Positions 42,744-52,647 of a DNA stretch of 64,000 nucleotides are shown here, one piece after another. Each line of letters starts with the position of its first letter. The first letter of the stretch is position 1. The notes beneath the pieces were generated by a model. It did no database searches. It saw only the letters and a list, made by a program, of their open reading frames with translations, and had not been told where the DNA came from. Position numbers and translations under genes: made by a program. This DNA is from Patescibacteria group bacterium (GTDB lineage Bacteria > Patescibacteriota > Patescibacteriia > UBA9570 > JAHJKD01): contig JBAZVM010000001.1 in NCBI GenBank assembly GCA_041660885.1, forward strand, positions 38,698-102,697, read 5' to 3'.

Positions 42744-43799
42744 CTAGGCTCCGGGACGCACGGTATACATGCGTAGTACATCTTTGGTAATCAGCCCCTG
42801 TTCGTACAAACGCTTCATGTCTTGATCCAGGGAAACCATGCCGGTTTCCGCTCCGGTTTGCAGAACCGATTTTAGCTGCGCTACTTTATTCTCACGAATT
42901 AAATTGGAAACAGCTGGTGTATTTAACATTATCTCCCTGGCTGCTATGCGGTTGCCGTTAATGCTGGGGACAAGCTGCTGGGAAACAACGCCTCTTAATT
43001 CCATGGAAAGCTGCAAACGAATCTGCTCTTGCTGGTGCGGCGGGAATACATCAATAATTCTATCTATGGTTTGCGCCGCGCCCAAAGTATGCAAAGTGGC
43101 AAAAACCAAGTGCCCTGTTTCCGCCACGGTAATGGCCGCTCCAATGGTCTCTAAATCTCTCATTTCACCAACCATGATAACGTTGGGGTCTTGGCGCACC
43201 ACGTGTTTTAAGGCTTGGTCAAAAGATAGGAAATCAGAAAACATCTGGCGTTGACGAATATAGCTTTTGTCCGATTCAAATATATATTCTATAGGATCTT
43301 CCAAGGTAATTATATGAGTTTTTCGTTCTTTATTGATCAAATCTATCATGGCGGCCATAGAAGTAGATTTCCCGCAACCAGTCGGTCCGGTAACCAATAT
43401 CAACCCTTGCTTTAAACGAGCCAATTCGTAAACTATTTTTGGCATGGATAGCCCTTCCATGGTGGGAATATCATTGCTAATCACTCTGGCCACTAAGCCC
43501 ATGTTGTCTTTTTCTAACATCACATTAACTCTAAAACGAGAAACCCCGGGAACCTCATAAGAAAAATCAACTTCTTTTTCCGAGATAAATTCCGCTTGTT
43601 GCCTTTTATTTAAAATACTGTAAATTAAAGCCTGCGCTTGCGGAGCGTTAAGAGAGGGGTAATCGGTTTGTTCAAGCAACTCGCCCTCTATACGTAAAAT
43701 TGGCGGTTTTCCCACTAAAATATGCAAGTCCGAAGATTTTTTCTGCGCTGCTAAAGTAAGCAGGGTTTGCATGGTCTGAAGCGCGTTGCCAAGCACCAT
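42744..43799 (-). CDS. pilT: Type IV pilus retraction ATPase PilT
   Basis: 351 aa. SDLHILVGKPPILRIEG, Walker A GPTGCGKST, ITLEDPIEY, MVGEMRD, TGHLVFATLHT. Confidence 0.85.
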   Translation of the reverse strand: MVLGNALQTMQTLLTLAAQKKSSDLHILVGKPPILRIEGELLEQTDYPSLNAPQAQALIYSILNKRQQAEFISEKEVDFSYEVPGVSRFRVNVMLEKDNMGLVARVISNDIPTMEGLSMPKIVYELARLKQGLILVTGPTGCGKSTSMAAMIDLINKERKTHIITLEDPIEYIFESDKSYIRQRQMFSDFLSFDQALKHVVRQDPNVIMVGEMRDLETIGAAITVAETGHLVFATLHTLGAAQTIDRIIDVFPPHQQEQIRLQLSMELRGVVSQQLVPSINGNRIAAREIMLNTPAVSNLIRENKVAQLKSVLQTGAETGMVSLDQDMKRLYEQGLITKDVLRMYTVRPGA

Positions 43800-43841
43800 A
43801 TATTTTGTTTTTTTATTGTATTATAGTAATATAATTATACC

Positions 43842-44294
43842 ATGATAAAACGAATTTATCAATTACATTCTTTGAAGGAATTAGCCCTTTTTACAAAAAA
43901 TACTTTGAAATATTTGTCTGATTATCATGTAATAACTTTAAAAGGAGATTTAGGCAGCGGCAAAACCGCTTTTACGAAAAAATTGGGCGCGGCTTTAGGT
44001 TATAAAAAAAGGATTGTTAGCCCGTCTTTTGTTCTAATGAAATTATATAAATTACCAAAAAATAAATTCTCTTACAAATATTTATGCCACGCGGACTTTT
44101 ATCGCTTTGCGCCTTCTTCGTTTTCCGGACTGACAGAATATATCAATAATAAAAAAGTGCTTACTGTTATTGAGTGGCCGGAAAAAATAAAAAAACTGCC
44201 TCCGAAGAGGCTAGAGCTGACTTTCACTTTAATGAAAAACGATGCGAGAAAAATTACTCTTCTTCCGAAATCCGGGAAAAAGAAGCGGGCATAG
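43842..44294 (+). CDS. tsaE: tRNA t6A37 biosynthesis ATPase TsaE
   Basis: ITLKGDLGSGKTAFTKKLGAALG...VSPSFVLMKLY...HADFYR...IEWPEK. Confidence 0.8.
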   Translation: MIKRIYQLHSLKELALFTKNTLKYLSDYHVITLKGDLGSGKTAFTKKLGAALGYKKRIVSPSFVLMKLYKLPKNKFSYKYLCHADFYRFAPSSFSGLTEYINNKKVLTVIEWPEKIKKLPPKRLELTFTLMKNDARKITLLPKSGKKKRA

Positions 44295-44577
44295 CCACGG
44301 GATTTTTTATCTTTGCTTTTTGTCTGGCTGCCCACTCTTTGGTAACCGCGTCTTCCACAATCATTTTTTCCGCAGTAATGCTTATTACTTGAGCCGAGGC
44401 AATTTCCAATTCAGATCCTAAATTTAGCCATTCTTTTACCAGGCTGGATTGAGAGATAACATATTTAATGATGATATGAGAGTCTGTATTAAACTCAAAG
44501 CCAGCCACTTTTCCCAAATGCTGGTCGCTTTGCGTATAAACCGGGAGGCTAATTAGTTGTTTGTGGCTTAATTTCAT
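44254..44577 (-). CDS. PRC-barrel domain protein
   Basis: 107 aa. LISLPVYTQSDQHLGKVAGFEFNTDSHIIIKYVI resembles the PRC-barrel pattern. Overlaps the yidC stop and the convergent tsaE end. Confidence 0.5.
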   Translation of the reverse strand: MKLSHKQLISLPVYTQSDQHLGKVAGFEFNTDSHIIIKYVISQSSLVKEWLNLGSELEIASAQVISITAEKMIVEDAVTKEWAARQKAKIKNPVAMPASFSRISEEE

Positions 44578-45343
44578 TGGAAGATTCTTTAGCGGCTTTT
44601 TTCCATCGTAAAAAATAAAGCTGCTGCAATAAGGTAAACAAAGTGGTAACTAACCAATAAAGCGCCACGCCGGCAGGGAACTGGTACCCGATAATAACCG
44701 TAAATATGGGCATCATGTACATCATCTGCTTATTCATGGTAGCGGCGATATTTTCATCTTTAGCCCCGGCGGTTTTAACGGGCGCTTTTTGCGTGGAAAG
44801 CATTTTGCCGGAAAAGAATTGAGCAATACCGGCTATCACGGCTAAATAAACATTATGTGTTTTTGTTAAATCCAAAAAACCTAAAAAAGTAGTGTGCACG
44901 GGCGAAGTTTCGTAAATTGCTTTTAAATAGGGGTAAAGGTGATCTAATTGCGCGCCGGCTAATAAATGCGTGGTGGAATCCACTTGTAATCCCTGTAAAA
45001 ATACGCGATAAAGCGCGATTAATATGGGTAATTGGATTAATAAAGGCAAGCAAGAAGAAAAAGGGTTTACTTTATTTTCTTTGTAAAATTTTATTAATTG
45101 CCGGCCCATTTCCTCTTTGTCGTTCTTGTATTTCTTTTTTATTTCATCGAGCTTCGGCTGAGTGTCTTGCAAAGATTTTTGCGCTTTTAAAGCGGAAAGG
45201 GAAGGCCAAAATAATATAAACTTTATTATCAGGGTCAGTAATATTATGGAAACGCCCAAATCTTTCCCGGGAATTACGTGATATAAATAAAACAAGGCGT
45301 TAAATATCGGTTCGTATAATACTGTGTTGAAAATTTCACCCAT
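44549..45343 (-). CDS. yidC: Membrane protein insertase YidC (short, Gram-positive-type)
   Basis: 264 aa. KLDEIKKKYKNDKEEMGRQLIKFYKENKVNPFSSCLPLLIQLPILIALY and PAGVALYWLVTTLFTLLQQ. In the rnpA-yidD-yidC context. Confidence 0.85.
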   Translation of the reverse strand: MGEIFNTVLYEPIFNALFYLYHVIPGKDLGVSIILLTLIIKFILFWPSLSALKAQKSLQDTQPKLDEIKKKYKNDKEEMGRQLIKFYKENKVNPFSSCLPLLIQLPILIALYRVFLQGLQVDSTTHLLAGAQLDHLYPYLKAIYETSPVHTTFLGFLDLTKTHNVYLAVIAGIAQFFSGKMLSTQKAPVKTAGAKDENIAATMNKQMMYMMPIFTVIIGYQFPAGVALYWLVTTLFTLLQQLYFLRWKKAAKESSNEIKPQTTN

Positions 45344-45356
45344 AAATTATTTTTGA

Positions 45357-45611
45357 TTAGGGAATAGGATCATATCCGCCACGACTGAACGGATGGCAGC
45401 GCAATACGCGCTTCGTGCTTAATAAACCGCCTCTAATAATACCATATTTATCTATGGCCTGATAGCTGTATTCCGAACAGGTGGGATGAAATTTGCACCC
45501 ATAGGGCGTCGTTTCGGAAAACCAGCCATGATCGGGAGATAGGGTCTTTTGATAAAGGCTAATAGCCTTTAAAAACAACGCTTTTATATAATAATTAAAG
45601 GACTTTTTCAT
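45357..45611 (-). CDS. yidD: Membrane protein insertion efficiency factor YidD
   Basis: ISLYQKTLSP...CKFHPTCSEYSYQAIDKYGIIRGGLLSTKRVLRCHPF. Confidence 0.85.
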   Translation of the reverse strand: MKKSFNYYIKALFLKAISLYQKTLSPDHGWFSETTPYGCKFHPTCSEYSYQAIDKYGIIRGGLLSTKRVLRCHPFSRGGYDPIP

Positions 45612-45930
45612 GCAAAAATCTTTTTATAGCGGTTTGCAGTTGTTCTTCAGTGGCTGAAACGCAGCCATGTTTGATTAATATAATAATATCGTATTTTTTA
45701 ACAGTTTCTTGCCAATTTTTACCCCAAATAGCGCGCACTCTTCTTTTTTGTTTGTTTCTGTCTACGGCTTTGGGCAAAGTTCTTTTAGAAACCACTATGC
45801 CCAAGCGGGCATGGCCAAGGCAGTTGGGGGAGTACTTAATATTAAAATAAGGAGTGCTAAAAAATTTACCTTTTTTATACGCTTGCTTATAGTCTTCTTC
45901 TTTGAAAAGCCGGTATTTCCTGGCTAGCAT
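45595..45930 (-). CDS. rnpA: Ribonuclease P protein component
   Basis: 111 aa. LGIVVSKRTLPKAVDRNKQKRRVRAI (RNR motif region). Sits between rpmH and yidD. Confidence 0.8.
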   Translation of the reverse strand: MLARKYRLFKEEDYKQAYKKGKFFSTPYFNIKYSPNCLGHARLGIVVSKRTLPKAVDRNKQKRRVRAIWGKNWQETVKKYDIIILIKHGCVSATEEQLQTAIKRFLHEKVL

Positions 45931-45933
45931 GTT

Positions 45934-46071
45934 TTAGGCAGTCAATTTTTTTCTGCCTTTAGTGCGGCGAGAACGCAAAACACGGCGGCCATTCTTGGTT
46001 TTCATTCTTTTGCGAAAACCATGTTCTTTTTGTCTTTGCCTTTTATTCGGCTGGTATGTTCTTTTGGGCAC
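45934..46071 (-). CDS. rpmH: 50S ribosomal protein L34
   Basis: Below the ORF-track cutoff. My translation from GTG at 46071 is (M)[44 protein letters not shown], the classic L34 sequence. Confidence 0.85.
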   Translation of the reverse strand: MPKRTYQPNKRQRQKEHGFRKRMKTKNGRRVLRSRRTKGRKKLTA

Positions 46072-46142
46072 AAATATTTTTCTTAGTTAATAAAGTAGAT
46101 ATTAGAATACTAAAATTTTCGTTTTTCGTCAATATCAACACC

Positions 46143-46162
46143 TCATCCACATCTTATTCACA
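46143..46162. promoter_or_regulatory. Two adjacent DnaA-box-like 9-mers upstream of dnaA
   Basis: TCATCCACA (46143-46151) and TTATTCACA (46154-46162), each one mismatch from TTATCCACA. Confidence 0.55.
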
Positions 46163-46245
46163 AAATTTGCCTTTGCGCCTATATTTATACGTTGCTTTTT
46201 ATGTTATAGTTAAACAACAAAAATAATAATTAAAACTTAAATTCC

Positions 46246-47613
46246 ATGACAGCGGACCAACTTTGGCAAGCGGCCTTAGCCGAACTTGAATTGTCTCTTT
46301 CTAAAGCCAATTTCACTACCTGGTTTAAAAATACCTTTATTTTAAGCTATGAAAATAATAGTGTCGTCGTTGGCGTGCCCAATGCCTTTACTAAAACTTG
46401 GTTGGAAAATAAATACCACGCGCAAATATTAAGGGCTTTGCAAAATATCACCGAGCAAAAAGTGAAAGAGGTCACGTATAAAGTTTTTGCCAACCAGAAA
46501 AAAATTGCCAAAATAATCACCCAAGAAGTGAAAACTGAAGAAAAAAAAGAAAAGCTCCCCACCCTTCCGGCTAAAAAAACGCATCCCATCCACACCCTTC
46601 TTAATAATCGCTATACCTTTGAAACGTTTGTGGTAGGCAAAAAAAACGAATTAGCGCATGCTGCCTGTTTAGCCGTGGCAGATAAGCCAGGCACTGTCTA
46701 CAACCCGTTATTTATTTATGGCGGAGTAGGCCTAGGAAAAACCCATCTTATGCAGGCTATCGGCCACCGCATACTGGAAAAGCAACCGGATAAAAAAATT
46801 CTTTATGTCCCTTGTGAAACCTTTACCAACGAATACATTAATTCCGTGGGCAGAGGAGAAGCAGACAGCTTCAAAGATAAATATCGCTCCGTGGATCTTC
46901 TTATGATTGATGATATTCAATTCTTAGCCGGCAAAGAAGGTACGCAAGAAGCTTTTTTTCATACATTCAACGCTTTACACCAAACTAACAAACAAATCGT
47001 GATTACCTCGGACAGGCCTCCCAAAGCCATCCCCACCCTAGAAAATCGCTTGATATCCCGCTTTGAATGGGGGATGATAGTGGACATCGGCTTGCCGGAT
47101 TTAGAAACAAGAATCGCCATATTAAAAAACAAATGCCAGGAAAAAGGCTTTTCTTTAGAAAATGAAGTAGTTGTTTTTATCGCGACAACAGTACAAAATA
47201 ACATTCGCGAACTGGAAGGCGCTTTAAACCGCGTTATCGCTTCCACGCAGCTTTCCAATGATAAACCAACCCTGGAAGTGGTTAAAAAGCTTTTATCTTC
47301 TTTAACGCAAGCTCCTAAAAAAGGCGCTTTAACCGCGAAAAAAGTTATTACGGCCGTTTCTGAGTATTTCGAAATAAAAGCGGTTGATATCACGGGTAAT
47401 TGCCGTAAAAAAGAGCTTGTGGTGCCGCGCCAAATCGCCATGTATTTAATGCGCGAAGAAATGAATTCTTCTTATCCGAATATTGGCGAAGAATTAGGTG
47501 GCCGCGATCACACTACCGCCATGCACGCGTATAATAAAATTGTAAGAGAAATAGAAAACAATGAGAAGCTGCAGCAAGATTTAAATTTAATAAAACAAAA
47601 ACTTTACAACTAA
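46246..47613 (+). CDS. dnaA: Chromosomal replication initiator protein DnaA
   Basis: LWQAALAELE..., AAA+ Walker A GGVGLGKTHL, LMIDDIQFL, and domain IV RKKELVVPRQIAMYLMRE...IGEELGGRDHTTAMHA. Confidence 0.95.
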   Translation: MTADQLWQAALAELELSLSKANFTTWFKNTFILSYENNSVVVGVPNAFTKTWLENKYHAQILRALQNITEQKVKEVTYKVFANQKKIAKIITQEVKTEEKKEKLPTLPAKKTHPIHTLLNNRYTFETFVVGKKNELAHAACLAVADKPGTVYNPLFIYGGVGLGKTHLMQAIGHRILEKQPDKKILYVPCETFTNEYINSVGRGEADSFKDKYRSVDLLMIDDIQFLAGKEGTQEAFFHTFNALHQTNKQIVITSDRPPKAIPTLENRLISRFEWGMIVDIGLPDLETRIAILKNKCQEKGFSLENEVVVFIATTVQNNIRELEGALNRVIASTQLSNDKPTLEVVKKLLSSLTQAPKKGALTAKKVITAVSEYFEIKAVDITGNCRKKELVVPRQIAMYLMREEMNSSYPNIGEELGGRDHTTAMHAYNKIVREIENNEKLQQDLNLIKQKLYN

Positions 47614-47826
47614 TTTCCTGTTTATAACCCTGTTTACATTACTGTTGAAAAACTGTTCTTAAAAGCAAAAAAAATAAAATATTTATTTCTTCACATCTTC
47701 TTCACTTTTCTCCCCACTTCATATACACAGAAGAAAAATAATATACATCAATATTTATCGAAACAAAAACATCATATACACATATCAACAACGCTTATTA
47801 ATATTATTATCTAATTAAATACATAT
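47614..47826. other. Candidate oriC (dnaA-dnaN intergenic region)
   Basis: 213-bp AT-rich non-coding gap. Identical 11-mers TCATATACACA at 47719-47729 and 47772-47782 (ATATACACA = 8/9 of TTATNCACA), plus weaker TTCTTCACA-type boxes and the A/T tract aaaaaaaataaaatatttattt. Confidence 0.55.
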
Positions 47827-48933
47827 ATGAAAATATCATGCACCCAAGAAAATTTGCACAGGGGGTTAAATGTCATTAGCCATCTAGCAGCTAAGAATAC
47901 GAATCTTCCCATTCTTAACAATGTTTTAATTAAAACAAAAGAAGGGGGCGTGGTTTTGTCTGCCACTAATTTAGAAATAGGCATTAATTGCTTGGTGCGC
48001 GCCAAAGTGGAAAAAGAAGGTGTATTCACCGCGCCGGCTAATTTACTGGCTAATTTTATTTCCCTGCTTAGCAGTGAAGAAAAAGTAGATATTGAATTAA
48101 TTAATAAAGAACTGATAATTCAATCAGGAAATCAAAAAACAAAAATAAAAGGAGAGGACGCCTCCGAATTTCCTTTAATTCCGGACGTGGCAAAAGAAGA
48201 TAGATACGTGGTTAAAAGCGCGGATCTCAAAGAAGCACTCTCGCAAGTGGTGTTTGCCTCTTCTCTTGATGAAACAAGAATAGAAATATCCGGCATCTTA
48301 TTTAATTTTAATAAAAATGGACTAACTTTGGCTGCCACGGACAGTTATCGTTTGGCGGAAAAGAAGGTTTCCTGCAAAGAAAAGGGTAAAGACAAACAAA
48401 TTATCATTCCGCAGCGCACAGCCGCAGAATTTTTAAGAATTTTAGCTATTACAAACGAAGAGGACGTTCAAATTTATACTAATGATAATCAAGTATTATT
48501 TTCTCTTGATCAAATTGAAGTAGTCTCCCGCTTAATTGAAGGTAATTATCCTGATTATACCCAGATTATCCCCAAGCAGGAAAAGACTCAAATTATTACG
48601 GAAAAAAGCGAGTTGATTACGGTTATTAAAAGAGCCGCCCTTTTTTCCAAATCGGGCATTAATGATGTAAATTTGGAATTTAATATTGATAAACAATTAA
48701 TAGTAGTAAAAGCCGCCAGTTCGCAAGTCGGGGAGAATTTAAACGAACTGCCCGCGGAAATAAAAGGAGATAATAATTCCATCGTGTTTAATTTTCGTTA
48801 TTTATTGGATGGTTTGAATAATTTATCCGGTAATAAAATAATATTAAAAATTATTGATAGCGGAAGCCCGGGTATTTTTCGGGGAGAAAACGAAGAAAAT
48901 TATTTATATATAATCATGCCCATTAAACAATAG
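47827..48933 (+). CDS. dnaN: DNA polymerase III beta sliding clamp
   Basis: 368 aa. MKISCTQENLHRGLNVISHLAAKNTNLPILNNVLI...ATDSYRLAE...RLIEGNYPDY...MPI. Confidence 0.9.
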   Translation: MKISCTQENLHRGLNVISHLAAKNTNLPILNNVLIKTKEGGVVLSATNLEIGINCLVRAKVEKEGVFTAPANLLANFISLLSSEEKVDIELINKELIIQSGNQKTKIKGEDASEFPLIPDVAKEDRYVVKSADLKEALSQVVFASSLDETRIEISGILFNFNKNGLTLAATDSYRLAEKKVSCKEKGKDKQIIIPQRTAAEFLRILAITNEEDVQIYTNDNQVLFSLDQIEVVSRLIEGNYPDYTQIIPKQEKTQIITEKSELITVIKRAALFSKSGINDVNLEFNIDKQLIVVKAASSQVGENLNELPAEIKGDNNSIVFNFRYLLDGLNNLSGNKIILKIIDSGSPGIFRGENEENYLYIIMPIKQ

Positions 48934-48937
48934 AAAA

Positions 48938-49231
48938 ATGTTTGTAAAAATAAACAATTGGTTATTGAATAAATCAATAAACAAAGCGGGTATTTCGGAA
49001 AAAATCGCCGCCCAACAAACCATTTCTTTGTTTGTGGTCTATATAAATAAAATTATTGGAGAGGGTAAAGCGCGCCAGGCGCGACCGCTGTACGTAAAAA
49101 ATAAAAGGCTTATCATCCAAGTGGAAAATTCCTTGATAGCCGCGGAAATAAAAAAGCACGAGCAAGAAATATTGGATTATTTAGATAAACAAACCAACCT
49201 AAAGTTAAAGAGGTTGGTTTTTATAAGTTAA
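48938..49231 (+). CDS. DUF721 (DciA-like) protein
   Basis: 97 aa immediately after dnaN. RPLYVKNKRLIIQVENSLIAAEIKKHEQEILDYL matches the DUF721 pattern (...L.v.v.ss.wa.el....). Confidence 0.55.
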   Translation: MFVKINNWLLNKSINKAGISEKIAAQQTISLFVVYINKIIGEGKARQARPLYVKNKRLIIQVENSLIAAEIKKHEQEILDYLDKQTNLKLKRLVFIS

Positions 49232-51858
49232 TTCTTTTTCTTCTTATTGGTGTTGGAATTCTCGTTGGTATTCGTGTTGGTGTTTTTATTCGTGCTGCTG
49301 TTAGTGTTGGAGTTCGTTGGGGTTGTCCCGTCCTTAATGTTGGTAAAAGTGAAAGAAACAGAAGCGCTGGCTTCGTCCCCCATATTGTCGAAGATGGCTA
49401 CTTTTAAAGTATGGCTTCCGGTGGTTAAATTATCCGGTTTATAGGAGGTGGCAAAAGGAGCTGCTGTTTTTGTGTCAATGACATTATTGTCTATATAGTA
49501 AACTACTTTTGTCGCTTGCCTGTTACTGCCAACCGTATAGCTTATTTTTATGGAGAATGTGGAATTATTTAAAAAAGTTTTATCCGTGGGGTAGCTGATA
49601 GTCATTGTGGGTTTTTGGCCGGTTGCCCTAAGATCGCACTTTTCTTTTTCTGTTTCTTCCGTGTAATAATCCGGCTGATTTTTAGCCCAGGCTTGTATGG
49701 GGCCTTCCCAGGCGCTGAACATAGGGTCGCTTTGCGGACTTTTCGGAGCTGGGCCGTTTGGCTCGTCTTTGTTTACGTAGTATAAAATCGTATGGACTTC
49801 TTTAAATTCTTTTTCCTCAATATATTCCGCCGGGTAAGAGGCTAAGCATTCATCCGGAATAATTTTTTTGGTTATTTTATCCACTTTCTTTTTAACTGTT
49901 GTGCCCGCGTCTCCCCAAAGTACGGGTTTGCTCGGATTTTTTGGCGGAGGCGTGTTGAATTTTTCGTCTTCCGTGCCGTTTAATATTTGCGAGAAGTAGC
50001 CGTTCCATATGGGAGCGGCCACTATAGAACCGTCCGCTCCGTTTTTCATGGCGGAATTATCATTATTGCCCACCCAAACGCCAACAGCGAAAGAAGGGGT
50101 GTAACCCATAGTCCAAGCGTCATGAAATTCTTGCGTAGTGCCGGTTTTTGCGGCCACGGTATGCCCCTTGATGTTTAACCACTGGAACATGCCGCCACGA
50201 TTGGCCGCAGTGGATAATACTTGGTTGATATTCTGCGCGGAGGCTTGGTCGAGCACTTGGGTTTCTTGGTTTTTCCATTCATAAAGTACATCGCCTTTTT
50301 TATTTTCCACTTTTATAATAGTGGCCACCGGGTGACGCACTCCTTCGCGAGCCAGAGTGGCGAAAGCCGAGGTGTGTTCAAGTAATTTAACCTCTCCGCC
50401 TCCGAGTACCAAAGCCAAACCGTATCTGGAGCGGTCGGAAAAAGTGGTGTACCCCAAAGAGTCAGCCACGTCTAAAACATTATTAAGGCCGGCCAAATAT
50501 AACGTTTTTACTGCCGGTATATTCAATGATCTTCCTAGCGCTTGTTGCATGGTGAGAGGACCGGAAGTGGAACCGGAATAGTTATGTGGAGTGTAAGAAC
50601 CGGATTCTATGGGAAAAGTGGTGGTTAAATCAAAAAGAACTGTGTTTGGAGTATAGCCTCTGGAAAAAGCCGTGTAATAAGCAATGGGCTTAAAAGAGGA
50701 GCCCGGTTGTCTATTGGCAATGGCTACGTTAACTTGGCCGTCGTAATCATCCGCGTAATAATCATAAGATCCAACCATGGCCAATACTTGGCCGGTTTTT
50801 GTATCTATATTAACCAAGCCGGCATTGCTGCCCCCGTACTGTCTTACTAAGTCCATGTTATCGGCAATGGCTTTTTCCGCTAGTTGCTGCTTGTCCCAAT
50901 CTAAAGTGGTGGTTACTTTTAAACCTTGATTCATGAAGTTGGGGCCGAAGTCGTCTTCCAATTGCGTAATAACATAATCCACAAAATGAGGCGCTTTTTT
51001 ATAAACGGCGGCTTGTTCTAAATTTACCACCTCTTCTTTGGCTTTATCCGCTTCTTCTTTGGTGGCGTGTCCCTGCTCCACCATTTGATCAAGCACGTAA
51101 TCGCGGCGTACTTTTAATTTTTCCATGTCACTGATAAAAGTGGTGGGCCTTTGCGGTATGCCGGCCAAAGTGGCGGCTTCAGCCAAGGTTAATTCAGAGG
51201 GTTTTTTCCCGTAATAACTGTTGGCGGCCGCGGCAATGCCGTAATTTACTCCGCCATAATTGATTTCGTTCAAATACATGGTAAGGATTTCATCCTTGCT
51301 GTATTTTTTTTCCAATTGTATGGCCAGAATAAGTTCTTTTATTTTTCTGGTGTATTTTTTCTCCCCGCCTACAATGGCTTGTTTGATAAATTGCTGGGTC
51401 AAAGTGGATCCGCCGACCGTTTTGTCGGATACGAAATTAATACCCGCGGAACGAAGCATGCCTCGCCAATCAAAACCGGGGTGGTTGTAAAAATTTTTAT
51501 CTTCCACATCAATGGTGGCCCACTTTACCAAATCAGGCACCTCTTCCGGCTTAGTGGAAGTTCTTTTTATGTCTTTGCCCGCTTCGTATAATAAAGTGTT
51601 TCCGGTTTTATCGAAGATAATCGTGCTTTCCGCCACGAGGCGGTCGCCGATTTTATTCGGGTCCGGCAAATCTTTGGAAAACCAAGCGAAAACGCCAACC
51701 ATGAAAATGACGCCCAAAGCGAAGCAGATAGCCACGGCAATACCCAAGCGTTTCAGCCAAAGCTTTCGCTTGCTGATCTTTTTTTTCTTTTGCGCGAATT
51801 CTTTTGTCTGGTGTCCGTGCTTTGGCTTCTTTACGTCTATCACTTTTTTATTTTCCAT
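49228..51858 (-). CDS. Class A penicillin-binding protein (glycosyltransferase + transpeptidase) with C-terminal Ig-like domain and Asn/Thr-rich tail
   Basis: TM anchor. GT51 motifs EDKNFYNHPGFD and GGSTLTQQ. Transpeptidase RQPGSSFKP (SxxK), SGS and KTGTT. Tail TNSNTNSSTNKNTNTNTNENSNTNKKKKN. Confidence 0.85.
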   Translation of the reverse strand: MENKKVIDVKKPKHGHQTKEFAQKKKKISKRKLWLKRLGIAVAICFALGVIFMVGVFAWFSKDLPDPNKIGDRLVAESTIIFDKTGNTLLYEAGKDIKRTSTKPEEVPDLVKWATIDVEDKNFYNHPGFDWRGMLRSAGINFVSDKTVGGSTLTQQFIKQAIVGGEKKYTRKIKELILAIQLEKKYSKDEILTMYLNEINYGGVNYGIAAAANSYYGKKPSELTLAEAATLAGIPQRPTTFISDMEKLKVRRDYVLDQMVEQGHATKEEADKAKEEVVNLEQAAVYKKAPHFVDYVITQLEDDFGPNFMNQGLKVTTTLDWDKQQLAEKAIADNMDLVRQYGGSNAGLVNIDTKTGQVLAMVGSYDYYADDYDGQVNVAIANRQPGSSFKPIAYYTAFSRGYTPNTVLFDLTTTFPIESGSYTPHNYSGSTSGPLTMQQALGRSLNIPAVKTLYLAGLNNVLDVADSLGYTTFSDRSRYGLALVLGGGEVKLLEHTSAFATLAREGVRHPVATIIKVENKKGDVLYEWKNQETQVLDQASAQNINQVLSTAANRGGMFQWLNIKGHTVAAKTGTTQEFHDAWTMGYTPSFAVGVWVGNNDNSAMKNGADGSIVAAPIWNGYFSQILNGTEDEKFNTPPPKNPSKPVLWGDAGTTVKKKVDKITKKIIPDECLASYPAEYIEEKEFKEVHTILYYVNKDEPNGPAPKSPQSDPMFSAWEGPIQAWAKNQPDYYTEETEKEKCDLRATGQKPTMTISYPTDKTFLNNSTFSIKISYTVGSNRQATKVVYYIDNNVIDTKTAAPFATSYKPDNLTTGSHTLKVAIFDNMGDEASASVSFTFTNIKDGTTPTNSNTNSSTNKNTNTNTNENSNTNKKKKN

Positions 51859-52597
51859 ATGATTTGGTTAATAAATAAGCGCCCAATAAATTCGCCCTAA
51901 TGTTTAGCTGCGATTTCACAATGGGTGTTGTTTTAAGCGCTTGATAGTATATTAATTTTTTAAGATTTTGTCTAGCCTTGGCTATCAAACCGGGTATTTG
52001 GCTTATCCCTCCTCCTATTATAATAATCTCTGGGTCTAAAACATGCAAAATATTATAAAGCGCGTCGCTTAAACAAGATGTTTTTTTAATATTGTTTTTA
52101 TTTTTTTCCCAAATTTTATTTTGTATGAGCATATGGCCGAATTCACCGGCTAAATTATTTTTTCCATGATAGATTTTTTTATCTATGATTATGCCTCCGC
52201 CCACGCCCGTGCCCAAAGTAATGCCAACAAGGTTTTTATACTTTTTCCCCGCTCCGTAAACAGCTTCGCCCAAAGCAAAACAATTGGCGTCGTTATCTAA
52301 ATAAACTGGCACTTTAAATTTATCTTGCAAAATTTTTTTTATTTTGATATTTTTAAAATTTTTTGGAAAATTCGGGCTGCGCACAATAATGCCGCTCTTG
52401 GCGTCTATTTGCCCGGCTATGCTTAAACCGATGCTGCTTATTTTAGCGTCCTTTTTTATATCCTTTGCAAAATTAGCGATATCCAGCAAAGAAGAAGAGC
52501 TTTTAACAATTTTAAAGGACTTTAAGCTTAAAGGCTCTTTAATTAGAGCGCCGGCTATTTTAGTGGCTCCGATATCAAGTACTAAGGCATAGGACAT
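51848..52597 (-). CDS. ROK family sugar kinase (glucokinase-like)
   Basis: LVLDIGATKIAGALI, DNDANCFALGE, GITLGTGVGGGII and AGEFGH. Confidence 0.75.
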   Translation of the reverse strand: MSYALVLDIGATKIAGALIKEPLSLKSFKIVKSSSSLLDIANFAKDIKKDAKISSIGLSIAGQIDAKSGIIVRSPNFPKNFKNIKIKKILQDKFKVPVYLDNDANCFALGEAVYGAGKKYKNLVGITLGTGVGGGIIIDKKIYHGKNNLAGEFGHMLIQNKIWEKNKNNIKKTSCLSDALYNILHVLDPEIIIIGGGISQIPGLIAKARQNLKKLIYYQALKTTPIVKSQLNIRANLLGAYLLTKSYGK

Positions 52598-52647
52598 ATT
52601 GATATTATAGCAGAAATAAGCTAAAATTAAGAAAAATAATATAGTTT

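Noticed and set aside
49228-49444. Asn/Thr-rich coding tail and the + strand ORF 49247-49444
   Set aside because: The N/T-rich stretch is the in-frame C-terminal tail of the PBP (minus strand). The + ORF is its low-complexity antisense image.
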